Source: Chiloscyllium plagiosum (Eukaryota). Taken from it: a stretch of DNA of 64,000 nucleotides. This document shows, one piece after another, positions 1 through 12,167 of the stretch. Both the position numbers and the translations under genes were made by a program. The notes beneath the pieces were generated by a model that was given only the letters and a program-made list of their open reading frames with translations, did no database searches and was not told the DNA's origin. How positions within the stretch are numbered: position 1 is the first letter of the stretch; each line of letters starts with the position of its first letter. The stretch is from NCBI RefSeq assembly GCF_004010195.1, contig NC_057749.1, forward strand, positions 26,550,161-26,614,160. Direction: 5' to 3'.

Positions 1-545
1 GGGGACTCCAGAACTAGAGGGCATAGGTTTAGGGTGAGAGAGGAAAGATATAAAAGAGACCTAAGGGGCAACTTTTTTACGCAGAGGGTGGTACGTGTAT
101 GAAATGAGTTGCCAGAGGATGTGGTGGAGGCTGGTACAATTGCAACATTTAAGAGGCATTTGGTTGGGTATATGAATAGGAAGGGTTTGGAGGGATATGG
201 GCCGGGTGCTGGCAGGTGGGACTAGATTGGGTTGGGATATCTGGTCGGCATTGATGGGTTGGAGAAGTGTCTGTTTCCATGCTGTACATCTCTATGACTC
301 TATGACCCAAGGTGTAACATTTTCACATGGAGGGTGGTGCATGTACTACAAGCTGCCAGAGGAAGCGGTGTCAGCGAGTTGAATTAGAGCATTCAAAAGG
401 CAACTGGATGGGGATATGAATGGAAAGAGTTTCGATTGACGTGGGCCAAATACTAGCAAACGGGACCAGGGTTACATTGGGATGTCTGGTCTGCGCAAAT
501 GAGTTGGACCGAAGGACCTGTTTGCGTACTATATAACTTTAAGGG
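1..545 (+). mobile_element. CR1 LINE 3' ends (two fragments)
   Basis: Bases 1-305 closely match 22786-23083 and end in a CTATGACT-type tail. A more decayed 3' end follows. Confidence 0.85.
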
Positions 546-1324
546 TTTGGAAGAATAAGAGGCCTTGCTAATGGTCAGTTTATGGAACAGCTCAACAATT
601 CTAGCACATCCCCAGATGTTGGTGCTGAGCATTTGCAGAGACAACTGAGAATCATATGCTTTTGTCATTTCTGGTACCCAGATCAATGATGGTTCATCAG
701 TCCACTTTTTTTTTTACTTTTTTTTTAATGATAATCTGTTCCAACTTAGTGGCTTGTTTGGCCATTTCAGAGGGTACTTAAGAGTCAACCACATTGCTGT
801 GGGCCTGGAATCACAGCCTAGGTAAAGATGGCAATTTCTTCGCCCCTAAAGAACATCGTTTATAAGATGAATTTTCATGGCAATCTGCTGTTTTGTGGTC
901 ACCATTAATGAGACTAAGTTTTTATTCTTCAGTTATTATGAATTAATTTCTTTCTAATTTCCTTTAGCTGTCATGAGAGGATTTGAACACATCTCTGGAG
1001 AATTACTCCAGGCCTTTGATCTCATGATTTGTACTCAAAATCATCCCAATGGCATCAAGTGCAACAGCCTCTCTCAATCAGTCTATGTGCACACATAAAC
1101 CAACTATGGACACTCCTGCACTGTACAATTCAGCATCTTATTACAAGGACAACCTCTACTACTACTAGTAAATTAGCTTTAACAACAAAACTTCCTAAAA
1201 GAATAATTAAAGGACAGAGTGAACCACAAACTATACGAGATGACAGAGTCTCTTTCTTCCCCAATCTCTAGCAAAATAATACATTCAGAATCCAAGTTTA
1301 AAAATATGAAAACAGATAAATTAC

Positions 1325-1445
1325 CCGGAGGAGATAATTGAGACGCGCTAATGCTTCCAGGAATAAATCTGCACCTTTGTTGGTAAATTCGTATCGCCCA
1401 GCAATGAAGAAATAGACAGTCTTATCCAGGTCAAAATCCAAATGA
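1325..1445 (-). CDS. GYS1: Glycogen synthase exon 7 (121 nt); the gene continues beyond the left edge
   Basis: Acceptor TTCTTCCTAG|. Translates (G)[40 protein letters not shown], containing the catalytic GRYEFxNKG motif. Donor |GTAATT. Confidence 0.96.
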
Positions 1446-2232
1446 CTAGGAAGAATCAAGATCAGAATTGTTTAAAATTTAATACCAAGGTGGGAAGAGC
1501 CCGGTGCTGGGCTAGTTATTACGCTATGATTAAAAATTAAGTATCAAAATAAAAAATTCTGAAAATAGAGATGAATTAGCAAAACCAGAACAGTCCTTCT
1601 GTAGGTCTCAAAACACTTTTCAATACAATCAAAAAGTGAGGAAGGAGATGACCTATCCCAAGAGTGGTAGATGAATTTCAAATCGGACATCAGGAAAAGT
1701 CAAAACCAAGGGAGAAATGTCAAGATTGACAAAGAATAAATAAAAACAAAGAGCTGGAGAAATTTAGCAGGTCTGACAGTGTGTGTTAATATTTCGAGTG
1801 TGGTATGACTCTTCTTCAGAACTGTCTTCAAGTTTGGTCTAAAAGTGCAATTATGAATCATAAAGACACAAGAAAGGATATGTGATATAATTATGAAAGT
1901 GTCTGACAGAGTAAAAGGTTGGAGATAAGTAAGCAGTGGCATAAAACCTAGAACAATACTCCAAGCCTAATGAGATTATTAGATTATTTTCTAATGAGGT
2001 TCAAAGTTTTCACATAATCAATTATAACATAAAATAATAAGCACACTAACATTATATTTGAGCAACCATATTGGTTCATAAATTTAGATCAATACAAAAC
2101 AGCAAATCTTTACAGGATATGTAGTAGGAGCAAATTAAATTCCTGCCAGATCCCTCACTGGCACTAGCAGGCACAAACTTGCTTTTGTTGAGAACAATAC
2201 ATCAGTCTGTCTAAAGAAACTCATCGTCTTAC

Positions 2233-2350
2233 CCATAGAAATGGCCTCTCACAAACTCCTGAATCCGCATCTTGCTCTTGGTGTGCAAATTCTGAAACTC
2301 ATGCACTGCAGAGAACTTCCTCAAATTCAGTCCATTTGGAGTCACCACAT
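2233..2350 (-). CDS. GYS1: Glycogen synthase exon 6 (118 nt)
   Basis: Acceptor TTCTTCGATAG|. Translates (H)[38 protein letters not shown]+GG. Donor |GTAAGA. Confidence 0.96.
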
Positions 2351-2824
2351 CTATCGAAGAAAACGGAACTGAATATTAAAGGCAGGAGCTCTAAGGAATA
2401 ATTAACATAGCAATGCTGTGATGGGACTTTCATAATTCTGTTATTCTTCCTGAATTTACAGCTTTAATTCCACAAGTTACTGGGTTCAGGAGCCAACCTA
2501 CATCCAGGGAAACAATCTCAAGGCTGCTCCAGATCTCACAGGTCGGGGTAAAAACAAGACAATCTAATGGATCTGTCCTCTGGGGGAATAACATTTGAAG
2601 AGGATGATTAATTGTGACAAAGGTAAGGAGAGATAAGGCACCCCACAGTCAGGGAGAAAATGGTTGTGACTTTGAGTAAGGTTTTTCTAAAGCAGATGGA
2701 TAGAGCTATTATCAGAGGAATTAACACAAGATGATAAAGGCTTATTGTATTACATGGCAATAGGACAGCCTACAAATTCAGTCATTTAAAGGAACAGTAG
2801 AAGTCTTCCTAAAATTTCACTCAC

Positions 2825-2969
2825 GAGGTTTGCATTTGAGTAGGTATCCTGCTTCCACTGCTGTGATCTCTGACACAGTTGTGAAGACATGAGTACAATG
2901 AACAGCAGCACGTTCCATACAGTATCGGTGGTAAATCTGCCTCTCTCCTGCTTCACGATCCACATCAAA
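2825..2969 (-). CDS. GYS1: Glycogen synthase exon 5 (145 nt)
   Basis: Acceptor CTTTTAG|. Translates [48 protein letters not shown]+C. Donor |GTGAGT. Confidence 0.96.
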
Positions 2970-3632
2970 CTAAAAGAAAGATCATCCGTGTCACCATCAT
3001 GTGGAGTTCATCAATGCACTAATGCCCATAAAGTGAACACCAGTGAGTTCCTTGAAAAACATGAACATTCATACCCTGTATTTTTCTCAAGGAACACAAT
3101 GGAATCCAGAATAGTTTGCTTCAGTCTTAATATGAGAAAGTGAAATAATTTTTTCAAGATTTGCTAATAAGGAAGTAAAGATAACCAACAAGTAAATTAC
3201 ATTATGATCTCACTGAAACTTGCAAAATTCTTAAAGGACTTTACAGGGTGAATGTAGAAAGAATGTTTCTCTTGGCTGGAAACTTTAGAACTTGGGGAAC
3301 TAATCTCAACACAGAGGTGAAGCTATTTAAGACTGAGATTAAGAGGAATTTCTTAATTTAGAGGGTGGTGAACCTTTGAAATTATCTATCCCAGAAGGCT
3401 ATGGAAGTTTAATCACTGATGTAAATACATATAAATCCTGTCCTTCAGAATCCCTTCCAAAAACTTACCCACCACTGAGGTAAGGCTACATGGATATATC
3501 TACTAGAGAAGGAGCAATACTTGACCTTTTGTTGGGAAATAAGGTAAGGCAAGTGAATGAGGTGTCAGAAGGGGAACACTTTGGGGCAAGTGATCATGAT
3601 TCTATTAGTTTTAGAACAATTATGGAAAAGGA

Positions 3633-6600
3633 TAGAACATAGACCATTACAGCACAGCACAGGCCCTTCGGCCCAGTATGTTGTGCCGACCTGTGGAACC
3701 AACCTGAAGCCCATCTAGCCTACACTATTCCATTTTCATCTATATGTCTATCCAATGACCATTTAAAAGCCCTTAAAGTTGGCAAATCTACTACTGATAC
3801 AGGCATTTCATCCCCCGCCCCTACTACTCCCTGAGTAAAGAAACTACCTCTGACTTCTGTCCTATATTTATCACCCCTCAGTTTAAAGCTATGTCCCCTT
3901 GTGCTAACCATCACCATTCAAGGAAAAAGGCTCTCACTCTCCACTCTACCTAACCCTCTGATTATCTGGTATGTCTCAATTAAGTCACCCCTCAACCTTC
4001 TCTCTAACGAAAAAAGCCTCAAGTCCCTCAGCCTTTCCTCATAAGAACTGCCCTCCATACCAGGCAACATCCGAGTAAAACTCATCTGAACCCTTTCCAA
4101 AGCTTCCATATCCTTCCTATAATGCGGTGACTAGAACTGTATGCAATATTCCAAGTGTACAGTTGGAGTTTTGTACAGCTGCAACATGACCTCATGGTTC
4201 CAAAACTCAATCCTTCTACTGATAAAAGCTAACACACTGTATGCCTTCTTAACAACCATATCAACTGGTTGGTAACTTTCAGGGATCTAAGCATATGGAC
4301 ACCGAAATCTCTCTGCTTATCTACATTACCAAGAATCTTACCATTAGCCCTGTACTCTGTATTCCTGTTGCTCCTTCCAAAGTGAATCACTCTCACCTTT
4401 CTGCATTAAACTCCATTTGCCACCTCTCAGTCCAGCTCTGCAGCTTATCTATGTCACTCTGTAACCTACAACATCCTTCAGCACTATCCACAACTCCACC
4501 AACCTTACTGTCATCCACAAATCTGCTAACCCATCTTACTACACCCTCTTCCAGGTCATTTATAAAAATGACAAACAGCTGTGGCCGCAAAACAGATCTT
4601 TGTGGTACACCACTAGTAACTGAACTCCAGGATGAACACTTCTCATCAACCACCACCCTCTGTCTTCTTTCAGCTAGCCAATTTCTGATACAAACCGGTA
4701 GAACACCCTCAATCCCATGCCTCCATATTTTGTGCAATAGCCTCCCATGGGGAACTTTATCAAACGCCTTACTGAAATCCATATACACATCAACCGCCTT
4801 ACCCTCATCCATCTGCTTGGTCACCTTCTCAGAGAATTCAATAAGTTTTGTGAGACACGACCTATTCTTCACAAAACAGTGTTAACTATCCCTGTCAACA
4901 TATTCCTCACTAGATGATTATAAATCCTATCTCTTATACCTTTTTCCAACACTTTACCAACAACCGAACTAAGACCAGTGAGACTTTAATTACCAGGATT
5001 GTCTCTACTCCCCTTCTTAAACAAGTGTCTACATTAGAGTGGTGCTGGAAAAGCACAAGAGTTCAGGCAGCATCCAAGGAACAGGAAAACCGATGTTTCG
5101 GGCAAAAGCCCTTCATCAGGGATACAGGCAGACAGCCTGAAGGGTACTCTGCCTGTATTCCTGATAAAGGGCTTTTGCCCGAAACGTCGATTTTACTGCC
5201 CCTCGGATGCTGCCTGAACTCCTGTGCTTTTCCAGCACCACTCTAATCTAGACTCTGGTTTTCCAGCATCTGCAGTCATTGTTTTTACCTTGAACAAGGG
5301 AACAACAGTTGCTATCCTCCAGTCTTCTGGCATTATTCCTGTAGACAATGACAACATAAAGATCAAAGCCAAAGGCTCTGCAATCTTCTCCCTGGCTTCC
5401 CAGAAAATCCTAGGATAAATCCCATCCGGCCCAGGGGACTATCCATTTTCACATTTTCCAGGAATTGCTAACACCTTCTCCTTGTGAATCTCAATCCCAT
5501 CTAGCCTCATAGCCTGTATCTCAGTATTCTTCTCGACAACATTGTCTTTTTCCAGCGTGAATACTGATGAAAAATATTCATTTAGTGCTTCTCCTATCAC
5601 TTCTGACTCCAAGCACAACTTCCCACTACTATTCTTGATTGGCCCTAATCTTTCTATAGTCATTCCTTTATTTCTGATATACCTATAGAAAGCTTTAGGA
5701 TTTTCCTTGATCCTACCTGCCAATGGCTTCTCATGTCCCCTCCTGGCTCTTCTTAGCTCTCTTTAGGTCTTCCCTGGCTAACCTGTAACTCAAGTGCTCT
5801 AACTGAGCCTTCACGTCTCATCCTAACACAAGTCTTCTTCTTCCTCTTGACAAGAGATTTAACTTCTTTAGTAAACCACAATTCCCTCACTTGACCACTT
5901 CCTTCTGGCTGACAGGTACATACTTATCGAGGACATGCAGTAACTGTTCCCTGAATAAGCTCCACATTTTAATTGTGCCCATCCCCTGCAGTTTCCTTCC
6001 CATCTTATGCATCCTAAATCTTGCCTCATCACAGCATAATTGCCTTTCTCCCAGCAATTAACTCTTGCCCTGCATTATATACCTATCCCTTTCCATCGTT
6101 ATAGTAAACATACCCGAATTGTGGTCACTATCACCAAAGTGCTCACCTACCTCCAAATCTAACACCTGGCCAGGTTCATTACCCAGTACCATCCAAGGTG
6201 GCCTTGCCCCTTGTTGGCCTGTCTATCATCCTGCACATATTGAACAAAAACTGACCCATCTAAAGTACTTGAATTATAGTATTTCCAGTCAATATTTGGA
6301 AAATTAAAGACCCCCATAACAACTACCCTGTCACTCTCGCTCCTGTCCAGAATTATCTTTGCAATCCTTTCCTCTACATTTCTGGAACTACTTGGAGGCC
6401 TATAGAAAACTCCCAAAAGGGTTACCTCTCCTTTCCTGTTTCTAACCTCAGTGCATACTACTTCAGTAGGCGACTCCTTAAGCGTCCTTTCTGCCATTGT
6501 AATAGTGTCCTTGATGAACAATGCCACACCTTCCCCTCTTTTGCCATCTTCTCTGTTCTTACTGAAACATCTAAACCCCAGAACCTGCAGCAACCATTCC

Positions 6601-6870
6601 TGTCCCTGCTCGACCCATGACTCTGAAATGATCACAATGTCGAAGTCCCAGGTACTAACCCATGCTGGCAGTTCACCCACCTTACTCTGGATGCTCCTGG
6701 CATTGAAGAACACACACTTCAACCGACCTTCCTGCTTGCTGGTGAACTCTTGGCATCTTGAAACCATATTTCTGACCTTACTACTCTCAAGCCCCTGGAA
6801 CTACAATTTTAGGTTCCCATTCCCCTACTGAATTAATTTAAACCCTCCTGAATAGCATTAGCAAATTAAG
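3633..6870 (-). mobile_element. CR1 LINE, decayed ORF2 (APE endonuclease + RT) with 3' end, nested in an older plus-strand CR1 (about 3490-3632 and 6877-7070)
   Basis: ORF 6159-6767 has the endonuclease motifs NARSI, ISESW, GVFYRPP and MG.FNFP. ORF 4393-4872 has the RT motifs [18 protein letters not shown] and FVDDSK. The element is broken by frameshifts. Confidence 0.95.
5026..5288. mobile_element. Penelope-derived fold-back short element with hammerhead-like motifs, inserted in CR1
   Basis: 106-bp inverted arms (5027-5132 and 5148-5253). Flanked by CTTAAACAAG and CTTGAACAAG. Each arm carries a CTGAT(G/A)A-stem-GAAAC motif. Confidence 0.75.
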
Positions 6871-8674
6871 GTTCAAAATTAGAGTAAGGCTAATTTTGAC
6901 GGCATGAGACAGAAACTTTCAAAAGTTGATTGGGGAAGCTATTTGCAGGTAAAGGGAAGTTGGGATGTGGAAAGCCTTTAAGAATGAGGTAATGAGAGTT
7001 CAGAGACAGTATGTTCCTATTGGTGTGAATGGCAATTCTCATAGGTGTAGGGAATGCTGGGTGATTGGAGAAATTAGATAATTGAATAGGTGACTCCAAA
7101 TGTATATAATCTAAAACATTAATTATAACTATTAGTTGAGGGCCCATCACTTACATTCTCTAATGAGAATGCCCATTATCCTTGCTCTGTCTTTTGATGC
7201 TCAGCCAATTTCCTATACTGAGCAATAATAGCCTTTCAATTCTACAGGCTTCGCCTTTTAGCTAACTGTGTATTTTGAAGGATGATATTGAATACCTCTG
7301 GACATGCAAATAAATAACAACAGAAAGACAACTGCCTGTACACTACTTTAGTCACCTCTTCAACAAAATCAATTTGATTCATCAGGCACGACATATCTTT
7401 ATAAATTCATGCTGTTTCTCTGCAACCAGCTGAAAGTTTAAGCTGTGTCCAGTCAGCTTATTCTTACACAAGTCTGTAAGCAACGTGACAACAGATGTTA
7501 AGCTAACTGGTCCATAATTTTCTGGTATTGTCCCAATCTTTCAAAATAAAGTGCATTTTTCCAGTCCAAGGGTATTGTCACTAAATCAAAAGAATTTTTA
7601 AGTGCTTAGTCATGAGTAATGTTTTAACTTTATTTTGGTTTTTAAAAAAAATCTCATCCTGAAGGAATTATCACAGTTGGATATCATAATTTTCCTCATA
7701 CCTGTTACTATACAAATGATAGTATTGGTGAATATCTGACGCTGATATTTTCAATAAATTCAACTCTTCCTTTGCTTAAATTTGATTTAAAATGATCTTA
7801 AAACATGTCAGCTATTTCCATATTATCATAATGATGTCAGCATTATCAATTCTTGTAGGATCTACAATATCCCTCAATGACCTCTTTGTCTTGTTTTGGA
7901 AGGTTTCTTTGTTAATTTTGATACTCAAGTTTCTTGCCGTATTCCTGTTTCATACTTCTGACAAAAACATCTGGGACTCTTGGTCACTGTTGTTTTTTGT
8001 ATCTTTACAACTTGCCAGCATTTCTTTTTGTATTTTGACTGTTCTACTCACCTGTTTGTTCTTTCTTATCTCTTTAGGCATCTATTGCAGGTTTTTTTTA
8101 ATCAAATAGAATTCTTGTTTCTTAAGGGTTTAAACGGTTTCTGTACTATATTAAATATTTTTAAAGTTTCCCACACAGTTTCTGCCATCACATCCATTGA
8201 CAGTTCAGTTCACTACAGGCAGTCTCAGACCATTAATGTCACCTTCACTTTAATCTACAGTCAACTATGCCCGCACATCTTCCTGTTAAGCTCAACATTG
8301 AAATCAATCACATTATGATCACCATTAGATAAATGTCTATGCACCTTAGGAGCAAAGGAACAGGAATGGGCCAGTCGGCCCTTCCACCTTGTCTAGCATT
8401 CACTTAAATCATTGCTGAATGTACTTTAGCTTCATATCTCTAAGGTGCATTACATCCTTCAAATTTTTTCACTAACAAATATCTATTTCAAACAAGAACT
8501 AATCTAGCACTATTGATTGGTTACTAAATCTAAAACAATGTGCCCACTTGTCTCATAGCTGTCGATTATACACGACTCTCATTGTAGTCTGAAATTCTTT
8601 TCCTTTTTTTAAAATTGTACCTGCAAAATCTGGGGTTCTCTCTAACTGAATAAACTAGGAAGGTTATTACGCAC

Positions 8675-8863
8675 ATAGGCAAGGTTGTTGTAGAAGTCGA
8701 CATTTCCAGCACAGAGATAACGTCCCAGTAATGTGGCATGTGTCGTAAAGATTGTGGCTACAGGGATCTTACGGAATCTGCACATAATCAAACCAACGCC
8801 AGACAGCCATTCATGGAAGTGAGTGATGATAAATGGACAGTTCCCCTCACACTGAGAGACAAA
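8675..8863 (-). CDS. GYS1: Glycogen synthase exon 4 (189 nt)
   Basis: Acceptor TTTCCTGTTTAG|. Translates [63 protein letters not shown]. Donor |GTGCGT. Confidence 0.96.
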
Positions 8864-9792
8864 CTAAACAGGAAAGAAACCAGATTTAATCAGGCAAAGA
8901 AACTTTTTCTAAACATTAAATCTCATCAAGTCTTATGCAATATGTGCTCTTCCCAATATCAGCACTTGGGAGGTTAAAGGAAATAATTCACTCCTGTTTG
9001 GAATGTGGTCATTCACGCATGTCTCAGAGTTATTTACAAAACATACATAGAACAGATTGGGTAAATAGAATCAAAGACCAGAGATACATGAGCTGACTAT
9101 AGATCACAATGAGCTTAGTATATAATCTACTACTTGACACATTTGCTGTTCTTTCCCTGAAGCCCTTTAATATTTAATGCAATTTTTAATTCATTTCTCT
9201 GAAATACAGAGGTTGCTTTGCAGTATAAATCATTTATTCCAATTTCTAATAGCCCATTACATCAATTATTTTTCTAACCTGCTTGTTGTTTGAGTTTTAA
9301 ACAGTTTATTTTCCCGGGTTCACCACCATCAGGAATTCCCTAAGCTGATCCTGCTGGCTCTCTCTCTTTGCCACTGTGAGTAAACCCGCCAACGTTCACC
9401 AGTTTATACCAGCTTAGGAACTAGAGTGAATTATTCAATACCTCCATTCATTCCAAATATGATTGATCTGTAGCTTAACACAGTTTACCTCTTTATTCCA
9501 TATCTCTCAATACCAAATGCATCCTAAGTGGGTTTTTTTCATTCATTCACGGGATGAGGGCACACTGGCCAAGGCAGCATTTATTGCCCATTCCTAATAT
9601 CTGAGAGGCTGGGGAACCTCTGGAAGAGGCTAAGATGGATCATTCACTCGGCACTTCTGGCTGAGATTGCTGCAAGTCTTACTGTCTTATCTTTTGCACT
9701 GATGAAGTGGGCCCTTCCATCATGGAGGATGGGGATATTGGAGCCTCCTCTACCAGTGATTAACTGTCCACCATTAACCACACCTGGATTTG

Positions 9793-10400
9793 TGTTACAG
9801 ACCCAGATCAAAACCCCTCAAAATATATTAAGAAGATAGCCTAGATGCTAACATTTTCTTATTTTAACGATAAGTGTGAGGTGTTGTGTTCCATATATAA
9901 TCCAATTGGTCAAACTACTTGACTTTAAGGAAAAGACACTTCATTTTTTACACTACAGTTAAAACAAAAACAAAAGAAAGAACGGTCTTAATTGTAACAC
10001 TATCTAAATGCTTAACAAAATAACACAAACTACTAGTCATTAACTGTTCCAATATGGTAACACCCCATAAATTAACCCTTTTGCGAAGACAAATCAAGTA
10101 AAATAGATTGTCTCACATGCAATTCGAGCAGAAGGAGACCTCCAGATTTTGGCTGTAACAGGAAAGAGGAATAAGATCTTCCAAATCCAGCTTCAATACC
10201 CCAGTAACTACGGAAAGCTAAAAGCCCCGGTTCTATGGGAGCTTGACCTCATCCAATCCAGCTGTTTGTATTGTTCCAACTTCAAAAAAAAACCTAAGAC
10301 CACACAAGCTGTTCACTGGCTTTGAGCAGACTGCTATCTCAACCTGTCTTCATTAAAATAAAGTACAAAATACAGCTCTCCAAGATATAGCATTGTCACA
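9793..10400 (-). mobile_element. Solo LTR related to the LTR at 28176-28790
   Basis: TG...CA termini. The left end resembles the reverse complement of 28735-28790. The flanks TTTG and TGTA each differ by one base from TGTG in the uninterrupted host copy near 51285, consistent with a 4-bp TSD. Confidence 0.65.
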
Positions 10401-11340
10401 TGTAAGAGGAAAGCAGAGATTAAATCTGTTTCGTTGGTTGTGGGGTTGCTTAGCTTTGTCACTGCTGTTTGGTAGTCCTGTTTGGTAGCTTCACCAGGTG
10501 ACATTTCATGGAGAAAGTAAGGAGTACAGATGCTGGAGATCAGAGTCAAGTGTGATGCTAGAATAGCACAGCACCTCAGATGCTGTCTCACTGGCTGTGC
10601 TTATCCAGCACCACACATTTTGACTGAGGTGGCATCTCATCCCTGGCATGCCCTCCTGCACTTTCCATTGAACCAGGGTTGATCCCCTGGGGCTTGATGG
10701 TAATAGTTGAGCGGGGGACACGCAAGGCCATGAAGTTGCAGATTCTATTGAAGTATGCTGCTGCGGTGAACAGTCCACAGCATCTTATGAATGCCCAGTC
10801 TTGAGTTGCTAAATGTGTCCAAAGTCTGTTCCATTTAGCACAGTGATATTGCCACACATGATGGAGGGTATTCTCAATGTGAAGGCAGGACTTTATCTCC
10901 ACAAGAACCGTGTGATGGTCACTCTTACTGATACTATCATGGACAGATGCATTTGTAACTGGCAGATTGGTGAGGATGAAGTCAAGTATGTTTTTCCCTC
11001 TTGCTGGTTCTCTCACCACCTGCCACAGACCCAGTCTAGCAGCCATGTCCTTTAGGACCCAACCAGTTCAATCAATAGTGCTGCTGCCAAGCCATTCTCG
11101 ATGGTGGACACTGAAACTCCCCACCCAAAGTATACTTTACACCTTTGCCACCCTCACAGCTTCCTCTAAGTATTGTTCAACATGGAGGAGCACTGATTCA
11201 GCAGCTGAGGGAAGACATTATTGGTAATCAGCAGGAGGTTTCCTTGTCTATGTTTAACCTGATGCAAGCAGACTTCATGGGAGTCAATGTTGAGGACTCC
11301 CTCCCAACAACATACACTGATGCTACCTCTGCCATATCAG

Positions 11341-11637
11341 GGCGGCACGGTGGCACAGTGGTTAGCACTGCTGCCTCACAGCGCCAGAGACCCGGGTTCA
11401 ATTCCCAGTGACTCCCTGTGTGGAGTTTGCACATTCTCCCAGTGTCTGCGTGGGTTTCCTCCCACAATCCAAAAATGTGCAGGGTAGGTGAATTGGCCAT
11501 GCTAAATTGCCTGTAGTGTTAGGTGAAGGTAAATGTCGGGGAGTGGATCTGGCTGGGTTGCGCTTCGGCGGGTCGGTGTGGACTTGTTGGGCCGAAGGGC
11601 CTGTTTCCACACTAAGTGATCTGATCTGATCTAATCT
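11341..11637 (+). mobile_element. HE1-like tRNA-derived V-SINE
   Basis: tRNA-like head with A box (TGGCACAGTGG) and B box (GGTTCAATTCC), V-domain GTGTGGAGTTTGCAC..., and a (T/G)ATCT-type tail. Confidence 0.9.
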
Positions 11638-12167
11638 CTGCTGGTCTGCCCTGCCAAGGGGACAGGATATATCCAGGGATGGTGATGGTCTTTCTGGGAT
11701 ATTTTCTTGAAAGGTACAGTTCCATAAGCATGACTTTGTCAGGCTGTTGCCTGACAGGTCTAGAGACATCTCTCCCAATTTTGGCACCAATATTATTAAG
11801 GACGACTTTGCAGGGTTTGAGTTGCAGGCTGCGTTTACTATGTTCATTTCTGATCCCTAGGTCGTTGCCAGGTGGTCTGTCCAATTTCACTTCATGATAA
11901 AACTAAGTGGCTTACTAGGCTATTTCAAAGGGCAGTTCAGAGTCAACCACATTCTGTGGGTCTGGAATCACATGCTGGCCAGAGCAACTGAAGATGGTAG
12001 ATTTCCTTCTCTGTAGAACATTAGTGAACCAGGTAGCTTTTCCCGACAAGTGACAGTATATTCTTAATTCTAGATATTTTTATTGAATTCAAATTGTCCG
12101 CCATCTGATATGGTAGGATTGAAACCTGGCTCCCCAGAACATTAGTTGAGTTTCTGGATTAATAACA

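Larger units (their letters stand above)
9530..12165 (-). mobile_element. Second non-LTR family (CR1/L2 group), endonuclease region, interrupted by an LTR, a SINE and a Penelope-derived piece
   Basis: ORF 10588-11046 has QVVREPARGKNILDFILTN...SDHHTVLV (APE C-terminus). Related to 49430-52050. Confidence 0.75.

Noticed and set aside
4295..4885. 196-aa plus-strand ORF
   Set aside because: Antisense shadow of the CR1 RT.
7792..8318. Hydrophobic ORFs resembling membrane proteins
   Set aside because: T-rich antisense of a very old LINE-like tract inside a GYS intron; no splice or homology support.
11341..11410. tRNA gene (A/B boxes)
   Set aside because: It continues into a V-domain and tail and recurs in several copies, so it is a SINE head.
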